From Ostreococcus lucimarinus (taxonomy: Eukaryota), in assembly GCA_000092065.1 (NCBI GenBank), contig CP000582.1: 64,000 bases of DNA; one strand, given 5' to 3'. This document shows, piece after piece, positions 42,647-54,600 of this stretch. The translations under genes were made by a program, and so were the position numbers. The number at the start of each line of letters is the position of its first letter. The first letter of the stretch is position 1. The notes below the pieces were generated by a model. That model saw only the letters and a list, made by a program, of their open reading frames with translations, did no database searches and was not told where the DNA came from.

Positions 42647-45600
42647 GTGACATATGACATCGTATTACAACGTTTTACCCCCACTTCGCAAGGACCGACC
42701 ACCCCATATCCATGTGCTATAAAAGCTAACTCAAAATGGAAGCTCGTACGTCTGAAACGCTTGGCGCTCGAGCGTTTCCGATGTCCGATGTTAACGCGCC
42801 ACAAACCGGAGAGCGTTCAGAATGGTACGCCCCGAAATGAATCACGAATGAGCAATCTAGACACACGCGCTATGTCGAACCCTTACTTTCAGGTCGGGCG
42901 ATGGGACTGCACGGACGAGCTCGAGGGGTGTCAATTCTCCGCGCCACATACGTCGGTGTCAGTTCCTAATTTCGAAGAGATTCAGACCCTTCACTACACC
43001 TGCGTGTATGAAGTGGCGATCACGTGTACACAGCGGCATGATATGCATAACGATGAGTTCGCGCATGTACTTAGTTCTGTCATCGAGCTCGCAAATCGCG
43101 TTGACCTGACACGACTTAGGCAACATCACTCCATAGATAACTTTGCCACACACGTTCTCACTTTTCGGTTCATTCTGGACCTGTTGAGGCAAACTTATCA
43201 GGAATACATCAAAGGAAGCATAGAAAATAATTCGTTTGAGCATGTCGAATTTACTTTCAACAATTGCATGGATGGTACGCACGGAATGGCAACATGCTTT
43301 AAACCGAATAAAAAGCATAGTCACCTTTGTTACATTTTGGATATTTCGCAGGCAGAAAGAAGTTGCAATGGTCGTACTGATGACACAAAATGCGTGCACG
43401 ACAAAATTACTATGAACGATCGCGTTCTTTCCGCGGCTAAGATCCCAGACAACGCAGTGAATAAACAATTCAGTGCTAGTATACTCAATGATGTGTATGG
43501 TTTCGATTCAAGTCTGTTCCATATTTCTCAGTCGGAAACCCTCTGCATGGACCCACAACAACGACTATTACTTCTTGCAGCAGCAGACTTATACCTGAGT
43601 AACACACGTGTTTGTCAACACGACGACTCCTTCTGCGTGCACGTCGGTGTATCGTGGAATGACTTTGAGGAAATTCGCAGAAAGTATAGTGCAGACTTTT
43701 TCTCCACTTATGATTCGACGGGAACATCAATAAGTGTCGCATCGGGTAGAATTGCGTATTATTTTGATTTCAAAGGGTGTGCTGTGACGATTGATACGGC
43801 TTGTTCATCATCTTTGGTTGCGTTGCATCAATCCATGTACGCAGCTGGCTCGCTCCGTGAATCAAGTGCACTTGTATGTGGCATCAACTTGATTTTGACA
43901 ACCACGATGACACATCGATTTCAGCTTGCTGGAATGATGTCTTCAGAGCATCGATGTATGACATTTGATGCACGCGCGGATGGCTACGTCCGGAGTGAGG
44001 CATGCAACATCGTACTCTTACACTTCAATGGCTTCACAAAAACTCATAGGAATGTACTGCGGCATGACGTTCATATGTCATGCGTCGTCAATCAAGATGG
44101 AACATCAACTGGACTTACGGCACCTAATGGAACAGCTCAGCGGAACCTGATGAATGAGTTACTATCGGACGTTTATAACCCTTCAAAACACGTTGGTGCT
44201 AAAATACATGCCCACGGCACAGGTACGCCTCTTGGGGATCCGATAGAGGTGTTTGCTATCAATTCTGCCCTCTCGTTTTCGTCACTGTGCAGGCTGTATG
44301 TGTCAGAAAAGTCGATGCGAGGGCACACAGAACCTGCTTCAGGTCTATGCAGCACCATACTTGCTTTCGTATCAGGTGCACAGTGCAAGCTACATGGTCA
44401 ACCACATTTACAGCAGTTAAACAATCATATACTAACATCGGTTGATGAAAGTATTTTTCAGCGTTCACTGCATTCCAGTTTTCCCTTAACTTCTATGGCG
44501 AGTGTCACCACAGTAAGCTCCTTCGCGTTCCAAGGGACGAACGCAATGGCTTCACTGACATATATCGACAAATGCAGTATTAGAGTGATTCGCAACACGT
44601 CAGGTCTGAGATCTTTGGTCAAGTTGGAGACTGAATCCCCTGTAAGACTCCCGTACACATTTTCTTGCCTTAGCATCGTCAATGGGAAAATGATACAGCT
44701 AACTTCAATGATTCACGACAAAACATTGAAGCGACTTTTGGATCATCGTGTAGCTGATATGCATCTTATGCCAGCCACAGGCCATCTTGAACTTGAAAGA
44801 GAGCTCACGAAGTGCGCTCTCGTAAGGAATGAACCATATCTTCTGACAAAGATCGCATTTATGCTGCCTCTCAAGCTTGATGAAAGCAATCAACTTATCA
44901 CAGAGATGAACACACATGGTCGCTTACGCGTTGGATGTGGCTCTGGCATATCCAATTACTGGTGTAGTACTGCACGACTTCAAATACCAGTAGGACGTGC
45001 CTGGTGCACGGACCGTACTTTTTATCTGACTAGTAAACTCGTTTCTCGGCGTTTCAAAGGTGCGACCGCAACAATAGCAGGGACGACGCCAATTCTCGAT
45101 TCACAAAATGTCGTGAATCCGTGTATCCAGGATGCGAGTCTACAATGCTCTGCATACGTCTTGAACACGTCAGCTTTCGCATCTGATACAACCTACATGG
45201 ACTGCGTATCGTTACTTAAGCTACCAACAACAATTCAAGACGTCATAGTTGTTAATCAGACAGGAAAAATACTTGTTAGATCGACGCATGTTGACATGTT
45301 GCAGAAGACGCAGCATGTGACTGAAAGTAATAACTCTGTCACAAGTAACTCTTCGAGTAACAATAAAACGCAGACATGGATACATCGTTTACTGTGTAAA
45401 GTATCAACCGTACGGATGAAAGCTGGCTTACGCACTCGCACATGCTTGGAACTCGCGAGATTGTTGTACCACGCGAGACAACAAAGAGTGCTGATATCAA
45501 ATATGCAAAACTTGCGTGAAGTAGGCAGTTTACATGCTCCAGAACTGATGCCCATCATGCGCGAAATGGGTCGTAAGTCAATGCAAGATATTAATTCGGC

Positions 45601-48600
45601 TAGTGCCTCTCTTTGCGCGGTTGCGCTGCTGCAGGCTTGCGGCGCTCGTGCGCGCGTTTCCGGCGCCCACGTGCGTGCAAACGACATCGTCCACGAGGAC
45701 GCTTCGGCCGCGCCCGCAGTCTGTGGATCGTGCGTGCGCGCCACCGTGCAATCTTCCGCGCAGGAACGCAGCGAGCCATTGGTGCTGAGTGTCGCGAGCG
45801 CCCCGCACACCGCGCCAGCCCGAGCGTTGCGATCGATCGCCGCCGGGGCGTCGATCGCCGGGGCGCTGTGCGTTGAGCGGCTGCTTCCGGCGTTCGGTCG
45901 CCGGACGCCCGCCGCGTCGCGCGACGGCGCGGCGACGACCACGGCGTCGCCGGCACCGAAAGTCTCGAGCGTGTTCGTGACTGGCGGTCTGGGCGCGTTG
46001 GGTCAGACTTCGGCGGCGTGGTACGCGCATCGAGGCGTTCGCCACGCCTACTTGACTGGTCGCCGCGGGCGCGGAGAGTCCCTTCTGCTGCGATGGTCGT
46101 CGCGCGGCGGTACCGACGTGAGCGCATTGCACGTGCTTCGCGTCGACGCGTGTGCGACCGACGAGGCGTCGTACGGCGGTGCGCGCGCGCACGCGCGCGT
46201 GCGCGCACACGGCGTGCTGCACGCGGGCGGCGTGCTACGCGACTCTTTGACTGCTCGCCAATCCGCGTCGGCCCATCGATACGTGTGGTCGTCCAAAGTA
46301 GTGTCCGCGCACGCATTGCTCCGCCAGTGCGTCGGCGTCGAGCGCGGCGCGCGTCACATCGCGCTGTTCTCGTCGGTGGCGGCGCTGCTGGGGAGTCCAG
46401 GGCAATGCAACTACAGCGCGGCCAACGCCGCGCTGGACGCGCGAGCCGCACACGAGTGGTGCCGCGGGTACGCGGTGCAATCCGTGCAGTGGGGCGCGTG
46501 GGACGGCGCGGGAATGGCGCTGACAAACGCGTCTGTACTCAGGAACGCGCGCACGACAGGCATCGGCGTGCTCGATCCGCAAGCCGGGCTCGGGGCCGTA
46601 CACGTCGCGCTTCAGGGCGCATCAGTGACGGGTCGCTGGCGGGCAATCCAAGGCGTCCTGGCCGTCGTCCCGTTCCAGTGGTCCGTGCTCGCGCGCGCGC
46701 AGCGCTCGCGCGCGCTGATTGCGGAGTACCGCGCGGAGTCGGCGCGGTCGAGCGCTCCAGTCGCCGTCCATCCGGGCGCCGAGGAAGACGCGGCGCGCGA
46801 TGTGTCAGATGAGAGCGTGCGGCAGATCGTGGCCTCCGCCGTGACGCGCGCGCTCGGCAGAGACGTGTCGGTGGACGCGTCGCTCATGGAAGAGGGCCTA
46901 GACTCGCTCGCGGCGGTCGAGCTCGGAGGGGCGTTACAAAAGGAAACGGGCGTGAACATGCCGGCCACGCTGGCATTTGACTACCCGACGATCACCGCGA
47001 TATCTGGGTACCTGAAGGGTGCGATGCTGGCGCGATCGCGTGCGCGCCAATCGAGCGGCGCGGCGTCCAGCGCCGCTCGCACGCGCGCCGCGAGCGGCGC
47101 GGTCGCGCATTCGCGCGACTCGATGCCAGGTATTGCATCCAACGCGCGCGAAATCTTGGGTCTTGCGCCCGTTGTTATGGCCATCAGACGGAGCGTGCGA
47201 CGACTCGACGCGGATGATCGAGAGCCAAAGCCTGCTCGACATGGCGGCTCGGCGTTGTTTTCATCGTTCGTGAGGTGCGTCATGGCAGAGCGAGCCTCTG
47301 AAGATCGCTTCGACACGCCATCGTTGGGCAGGCAGCCGAGCGCGACAGCGCGCGTGGTCTCCTTGACGAAAGCCAGAGATTTCACTACACAAGCTCTCGA
47401 CAGCATGCCGAAATGCAACGAGATTGAGCTGAGCGTCGTCAGCGCTGTGTCGAGTAAGGCATCAGGCGCGCACGATGCCGTGCGTGTGAACAACATGCGA
47501 CATGCGTGCGGCGAAGTGTGTGATCCACAAAGCTCAAAATCGCACGAGTTCGTCGCTCGGCGTCTTGTGCAGTTTGGGTACTTCATCGAGCGCAGCTTGT
47601 TTGACGGGGAGCAGTTCTCCGTAACGGCGCACGAGGCGCGGTTGATGGACCCGCAGCAGCGCGTGCTCCTGGAGAACGCGCTCGCCGCGACGAGTGCGAC
47701 GCCGCACAGCGCGCCGAAGCCAGCCACAGCCGTGTCCGTCGGCGCTTGGACGTCTCAGTACGCAGACATGTGCCGCGTGTACGAGCCAACGCCGGGGCCG
47801 TACTCTGGCGTTGCTTCCGCCTTGAGCGTGCTGTGCGGTCGCGTATCGTACACGTTTGGTATGCGTGGCCCGTCCGTGTGTGTCGACACCGCGTGCTCCT
47901 CCTCGCTCGTGGCCGCGCATGTTGCGAGCTCTCACTTGCGCGATGGATCGTGCGAGGACGCCCTCGTCGCCGGCGTGAGCGTGAACGTCGGCATCGGCAC
48001 CTTCCTCGTGGCCACCGCCGCGAGCATGCTATCGTTCGATGGTCGGTGCAAAACCTTGGATGCCAGCGCCGACGGTTACGCCAAGGGCGAGTGCTGCGTG
48101 GTCCTGCGCGTGTCGGTGGACGGGGCGAGCGCTGGAGCGCCCAAAGCGCCCGATCTTCCAAACGCCGAGTCTCCCTCTCTCGCTCTTCTCGAACAGACCG
48201 GTGTGAACCAGGATGGACGGTCGAGCTCGCTCACCGCACCAAACGGGCCGTCGCAGCAGGCACTCGTGGCCGATGCGCTTCTCCGCTCGGGGCTGCACGG
48301 CGACGCGCTCGGCAGGCTGGAGATGCACGGCACGGGTACTTCGCTGGGAGATCCGATAGAGGTCGGCGCCGCGCTTGAGGTTCTCGCGCCGCCGACGCGC
48401 GCGGACCGGGCGCCGTCCAGGGGCCCCGCGCTCACGCTTGAGGGCGTGAAGCCACGCGCTGGCCACTGCGAACCAGGGGCTGGCGCGGTTGGGTTGCTGT
48501 TTGCGATGGCAAACTTGACGGAGCGAGCCGTCGCGTCCCTCGTCCACCTGCGCCAGCTCAACCCTCACGTCGAGGCCGCGACGCGCCGAAACGCACCGTC

Positions 48601-51600
48601 GCCGCATGCGCGCGCGCCGGTGCTCGCGCGACAAGGCATGCCGCGACCGGATGACGGCGCGTCTGAGGCTGGAGCAGCGGACGCTGCTCGAGCGCGCGTG
48701 CGGCGATCCGGCGTGAGCGGCTTCGCGTTCCAGGGCACAAACGCGCACGCAATCATGGCCCGGGGACCCGGACAGGCGACTGCGCCCGGGTACACGGGAA
48801 GCACGCACACGGCGGCGCGTGCGTGGGAGCGTCAGCGCCACTGGTGCGCGCCAGAACGGCACTGCCTCATCGAGTCCGTGCGCGCTCTGCATCCTCGCGA
48901 GGGAGACTCGAGCGCGTTGGCGCGGTCGTGCGTGCGCCTGTGTCGGTCCGCGTCGCTCGCTGGCATGCTTGATCACGCCGTCGGGCTCCGGACGCTGCTA
49001 CCAGGCACAGCGCACGTCGAGATATGTCGAGCCATGGCGGGCGCGCTGGCAGACCAGCCGCTCGCCGACATCTCGCTGTCGCACGTATCTTTTGCAGCGC
49101 CCCTCGAGCTTCGAGCGCCGACGACCGACGTGCTGTGCGACGTCACGCCGCAAGGCGTGGCCCGCGTGGGCGTGCGCGTGTCGTCGTCCTCTGCCGCCGC
49201 GCCGTTCCTCGCGGGCGCGCTCAGCCGCAGAAGCGCCTCAAGAATTACTGCGTCTCCGGCGCACCTCTCGCGAGGACCGGCGATGCCCGCGCTGGACGTG
49301 CAGCCTTGTGTTCACGGCGCGAGCTGGCTGCGCTCGTCGCAGCGACGAGGCCCGGGCGCGGAGCACCGCGTGTACGGCGACATACGCGCGCGTCAGATGT
49401 CCACGCTGTCGGCTGCGGCGTATCACTCGCCGCCCGCAGTGCTCGATGCCGCGCTGCACGCGCTCAGCGCGTGCGCGCCGCCGCCGGGTAGCGATGCGAC
49501 AGAAGAGAGCCCGCACGTCCCGGCCACGATCGGCGGCGTCCGCACGCGAGGCGGGCACTCGGACATATACCGCGCCCGGTTCGCGCTCGCGACGGCTCCG
49601 CCTGAGCGCGGGGAGCGGAACGCGTCCACGCGCAGATCTCGTCACCACCTGTGGGACTGGTCGAGTCTTTCGGCGGCGCATCGAGGGTGCGTGGTGCACG
49701 CGCTGGAGTCTCGACGACTCGGTGGCGCCGCGGTCGTGCGCTCGCGAGCACAACAGCGCTCGAGGGCACCGCCGCCGCGTCGCGCGGCCGCGCCGCGTGT
49801 GCTTTATGGAGTCGGGCAACAGCGCGCGTGCGGCGCGGCGGATGGCCAGGGCGCGCGTCGACGCTCAACCCTCAACTCGCAGTGCTTTGTGGACGACGCG
49901 TCGCACCGCCGCGAGCTGATGGAGACCCACGCGTCACCATCGATCGCGCAAGGCAGCACGCGAAGCAGCACGCGCGCCTCTCTTTGCGCGGTTGCGCTGC
50001 TGCAGGCTTGCGGCGCTCGTGCGCGCGTTTCCGGCGCCCACGTGCGTGCAAACGACATCGTCCACGAGGACGCTTCGGCCGCGCCCGCAGTCTGTGGATC
50101 GTGCGTGCGCGCCACCGTGCAGTCTTCCGCGCAGGAACGCAGCGAGCCATTGGTGCTGAGTGTCGCGAGCGCCCCGCACACCGCGCCAGCCCGAGCGTTG
50201 CGATCGATCGCCGCCGGGGCGTCGATCGCCGGGGCGCTGTGCGTTGAGCGTCTGCTTCCGACGTTCGGTCGCCGGACGCCCGCCGCGTCGCGCGACGGCG
50301 CGGCGACGACCACGGCGTCGCCGGCACCGAAAGTCTCGAGCGTGTTCGTGACTGGCGGTCTGGGCGCGTTGGGTCAGACTTCGGCGGCGTGGTACGCGCA
50401 TCGAGGCGTTCGCCACGCCTACTTGACTGGTCGCCGCGGGCGCGGAGAGTCCCTTCTGCTGCGATGGTCGTCGCGCGGCGGTACCGACGTGAGCGCATTG
50501 CACGTGCTTCGCGTCGACGCGTGTGCGACCGACGAGGCGTCGTACGGCGGTGCGCGCGCGCACGCGCGCGTGCGCGCACACGGCGTGCTGCACGCGGGCG
50601 GCGTGCTACGCGACTCTTTGACTGCTCGCCAATCCGCGTCGGCCCATCGATACGTGTGGTCGTCCAAAGTAGTGTCCGCGCACGCATTGCTCCGCCAGTG
50701 CGTCGGCGTCGAGCGCGGCGCGCGTCACATCGCGCTGTTCTCGTCGGTGGCGGCGCTGCTGGGGAGTCCAGGGCAATGCAACTACAGCGCGGCCAACGCC
50801 GCGCTGGACGCGCGAGCCGCACACGAGTGGTGCCGCGGGTACGCGGTGCAATCCGTGCAGTGGGGCGCGTGGGACGGCGCGGGAATGGCGCTGACAAACG
50901 CGTCTGTACTCAGGAACGCGCGCACGACAGGCATCGGCGTGCTCGATCCGCAAGCCGGGCTCGGGGCCGTACACGTCGCGCTTCAGGGCGCATCAGTGAC
51001 GGGTCGCTGGCGGGCAATCCAAGGCGTCCTGGCCGTCGTCCCGTTCCAGTGGTCCGTGCTCGCGCGCGCGCAGCGCTCGCGCGCGCTGATTGCGGAGTAC
51101 CGCGCGGAGTCGGCGCGGTCGAGCGCTCCAGTCGCCGTCCATCCGGGCGCCGAGGAAGACGCGGCGCGCGATGTGTCAGATGAGAGCGTGCGGCAGATCG
51201 TGGCCTCCGCCGTGACGCGCGCGCTCGGCAGAGACGTGTCGGTGGACGCGTCGCTCATGGAAGAGGGCCTAGACTCGCTCGCGGCGGTCGAGCTCGGAGG
51301 GGCGTTACAAAAGGAAACGGGCGTGAACATGCCGGCCACGCTGGCATTTGACTACCCGACGATCACCGCGATATCTGGGTACCTGAAGGGTGCGATGCTG
51401 GCGCGATCGCGTGCGCGCCAATCGAGCGGCGCGGCGTCCAGCGCCGCTCGCACGCGCGCCGCGAGCGGCGCGGTCGCGCATTCGCGACGTACAACCATTA
51501 CTCAGCTCCCTCGTCTACGTCTATCATACGTTCCGCATGAAGTCAGCCGACGAACGACTCTTGGCATTAGCGGTCAATATTCTCACGAGCTTAGACACTT

Positions 51601-54600
51601 TAGCTCTGCGGGACCTTCGACCAGTAACTTTGAGGGAGTCCTCTTTGTTCGCATTCATAACTCCACCAAGCCCTTACCCGTGCATCCATATTTCATTGGC
51701 AACTTTTTGCGTTGTGACGAACTCGAGTTCGGCTTGTTTGGCGCACCGCACAGCGAATGGACTACTCTGGACGCGCGGCAGATTCTCTTGATTGAGAGTG
51801 TACACACTATCCAGCTGAACAACAGTTCAGACGTTTCATTGCGCACTCTAGAGACGACGGCTGTTCTTGTTGGAGCACAAGCGGTAGATTCAACTGACGA
51901 GCATAGCGTTGAGATACAGTACAACGCCTACTCTGGCGTTGCTTCCGCCTTGAGCGTGCTGTGCGGTCGCGTATCGTACACGTTTGGTATGCGTGGCCCG
52001 TCCGTGTGTGTCGACACCGCGTGCTCCTCCTCGCTCGTGGCCGCGCATGTTGCGAGCTCTCACTTGCGCGATGGATCGTGCGAGGACGCCCTCGTCGCCG
52101 GCGTGAGCGTGAACGTCGGCATCGGCACCTTCCTCGTGGCCACCGCCGCGAGCATGCTATCGTTCGATGGTCGGTGCAAAACCTTGGATGCCAGCGCCGA
52201 CGGTTACGCCAAGGGCGAGTGCTGCGTGGTCCTGCGCGTGTCGGTGGACGGGGCGAGCGCTGGAGCGCCCAAAGCGCCCGATCTTCCAAACGCCGAGTCT
52301 CCCTCTCTCGCTCTTCTCGAACAGACCGGTGTGAACCAGGATGGACGGTCGAGCTCGCTCACCGCACCAAACGGGCCGTCGCAGCAGGCACTCGTGGCCG
52401 ATGCGCTTCTCCGCTCGGGGCTGCACGGCGACGCGCTCGGCAGGCTGGAGATGCACGGCACGGGTACTTCGCTGGGAGATCCGATAGAGGTCGGCGCCGC
52501 GCTTGAGGTTCTCGCGCCGCCGACGCGCGCGGACCGGGCGCCGTCCAGGGGCCCCGCGCTCACGCTTGAGGGCGTGAAGCCACGCGCTGGCCACTGCGAA
52601 CCAGGGGCTGGCGCGGTTGGGTTGCTGTTTGCGATGGCAAACTTGACGGAGCGAGCCGTCGCGTCCCTCGTCCACCTGCGCCAGCTCAACCCTCACGTCG
52701 AGGCCGCGACGCGCCGAAACGCACCGTCGCCGCATGCGCGCGCGCCGGTGCTCGCGCGACAAGGCATGCCGCGACCGGATGACGGCGCGTCTGAGGCTGG
52801 AGCAGCGGACGCTGCTCGAGCGCGCGTGCGGCGATCCGGCGTGAGCGGCTTCGCGTTCCAGGGCACAAACGCGCACGCAATCATGGCCCGGGGACCCGGA
52901 CAGGCGACTGCGCCCGGGTACACGGGAAGCACGCACACGGCGGCGCGTGCGTGGGAGCGTCAGCGCCACTGGTGCGCGCCAGAACGGCACTGCCTCATCG
53001 AGTCCGTGCGCGCTCTTCATCCTCGCGAGGGAGACTCGAGCGCGTTGGCGCGGTCGTGCGTGCGCCTGTGTCGGTCCGCGTCGCTCGCTGGCATGCTTGA
53101 TCACGCCATCGGGCTCCGGACGCTACTACCAGGCACAGCGCACGTCGAGATATGTCGAGCCATGGCGGGCGCGCTGGCAGACCAGCCGCTCGCCGACATC
53201 TCGCTGTCGCACGTATCTTTTGCAGCGCCCCTCGAGCTTCGAGCGCCGACGACCGACGTGCTGTGCGACGTCACGCCGCAAGGCGTGGCCCGCGTGGGCG
53301 TGCGCGTGTCGTCGTCCTCTGCCGCCGCGCCGTTCCTCGCGGGCGCGCTCAGCCGCAGAAGCGCCTCAAGAATTACTGCGTCTCCGGCGCACCTCTCGCG
53401 AGGACCGGCGATGCCCGCGCTGGACGTGCAGCCTTGTGTTCACGGCGCCATCAGACGGAGCGTGCGACGACTCGACGCGGATGATCGAGAGCCAAAGCCT
53501 GCTCGACATGGCGGCTCGGCGTTGTTTTCATCGTTCGTGAGGTGCGTCATGGCAGAGCGAGCCTCTGAAGATCGCTTCGACACGCCATCGTTGGGCAGGC
53601 AGCCGAGCGCGACAGCGCGCGTGGTCTCCTTGACGAAAGCCAGAGATTTCACTACACAAGCTCTCGACAGCATGCCGAAATGCAACGAGATTGAGCTGAG
53701 CGTCGTCAGCGCTGTGTCGAGTAAGGCATCAGGCGCGCACGATGCTGTGCGTGTGAACAACATGCGACATGCGTGCGGCGAAGTGTGTGATCCACAAAGC
53801 TCAAAATCGCACGAGTTCGTCGCTCGGCATCTTGTGCAGTTTGGGTACTTCATCGAGCGCAGCTTGTTTGACGGGGAGCAGTTCTCCGTAACGGCGCACG
53901 AGGCGCGGTTGATGGACCCGCAGCAGCGCGTGCTCCTGGAGAACGCGCTCGCCGCGACGAGCGCGACGCCGCACAGCGCGCCGAAGCCAGCCACAGCCGT
54001 GTCCGTCGGCGCTTGGACGTCTCAGTACGCAGACATGTGCCGCGTGTACGAGCCAACGCCGGGGCCGTACTCTGGCGTTGCTTCCGCCTTGAGCGTGCTG
54101 TGCGGTCGCGTATCGTACACGTTTGGTATGCGTGGCCCGTCCGTGTGTGTCGACACCGCGTGCTCCTCCTCGCTCGTGGCCGCGCATGTTGCGAGCTCTC
54201 ACTTGCGCGATGGATCGTGCGAGGACGCCCTCGTCGCCGGCGTGAGCGTGAACGTCGGCATCGGCACCTTCCTCGTGGCCACCGCCGCGAGCATGCTATC
54301 GTTCGATGGTCGGTGCAAAACCTTGGATGCCAGCGCCGACGGTTACGCCAAGGGCGAGTGCTGCGTGGTCCTGCGCGTGTCGGTGGACGGGGCGAGCGCT
54401 GGAGCGCCCAAAGCGCCCGATCTTCCAAACGCCGAGTCTCCCTCTCTCGCTCTTCTCGAACAGACCGGTGTGAACCAGGATGGACGGTCGAGCTCGCTCA
54501 CCGCACCAAACGGGCCGTCGCAGCAGGCACTCGTGGCCGATGCGCTTCTCCGCTCGGGGCTGCACGGCGACGCGCTCGGCAGGCTGGAGATGCACGGCAC

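Larger units (their letters stand above)
45605..47115 (+). repeat. PKS intragenic repeat A, copy 1 (pre-KR linker + KR + ACP, 1511 bp)
   Basis: Matches 49976..51486 at a constant offset of 4371. For example, track ORFs 46018..46812 and 50389..51183 have identical 264-aa translations. Only a few substitutions are seen. Confidence 0.92.
47180..49726 (+). repeat. PKS intragenic repeat B, copy 1 (linker + KS + DH, 2547 bp)
   Basis: Matches 53447..55993 at offset 6267. The sub-segment 47801..49320 also matches 51929..53448 at offset 4128. Track ORFs 48029..48976, 52157..53104 and 54296..55243 differ at only 1-3 of 315 residues. Confidence 0.92.

Noticed and set aside
42647-43540. The RWDCTDE motif near the PKS N-terminus, considered as the conserved RWD block of a KS N-terminal region. 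That reading would imply a ~200-aa insertion in KS1.
   Set aside because: A single tripeptide match is too weak. The intervening ~200 aa show no KS-like blocks. I therefore treat the N-terminal ~290 aa as an unassigned region rather than a split KS.
49540-49560. GGHSD in the DH C-terminal region, considered as a possible acyltransferase GHSxG active site.
   Set aside because: It lacks the Gly at +4. It sits inside the DH-like fold, with none of the ~300 aa of flanking AT sequence or the AFHS/YASH motifs.
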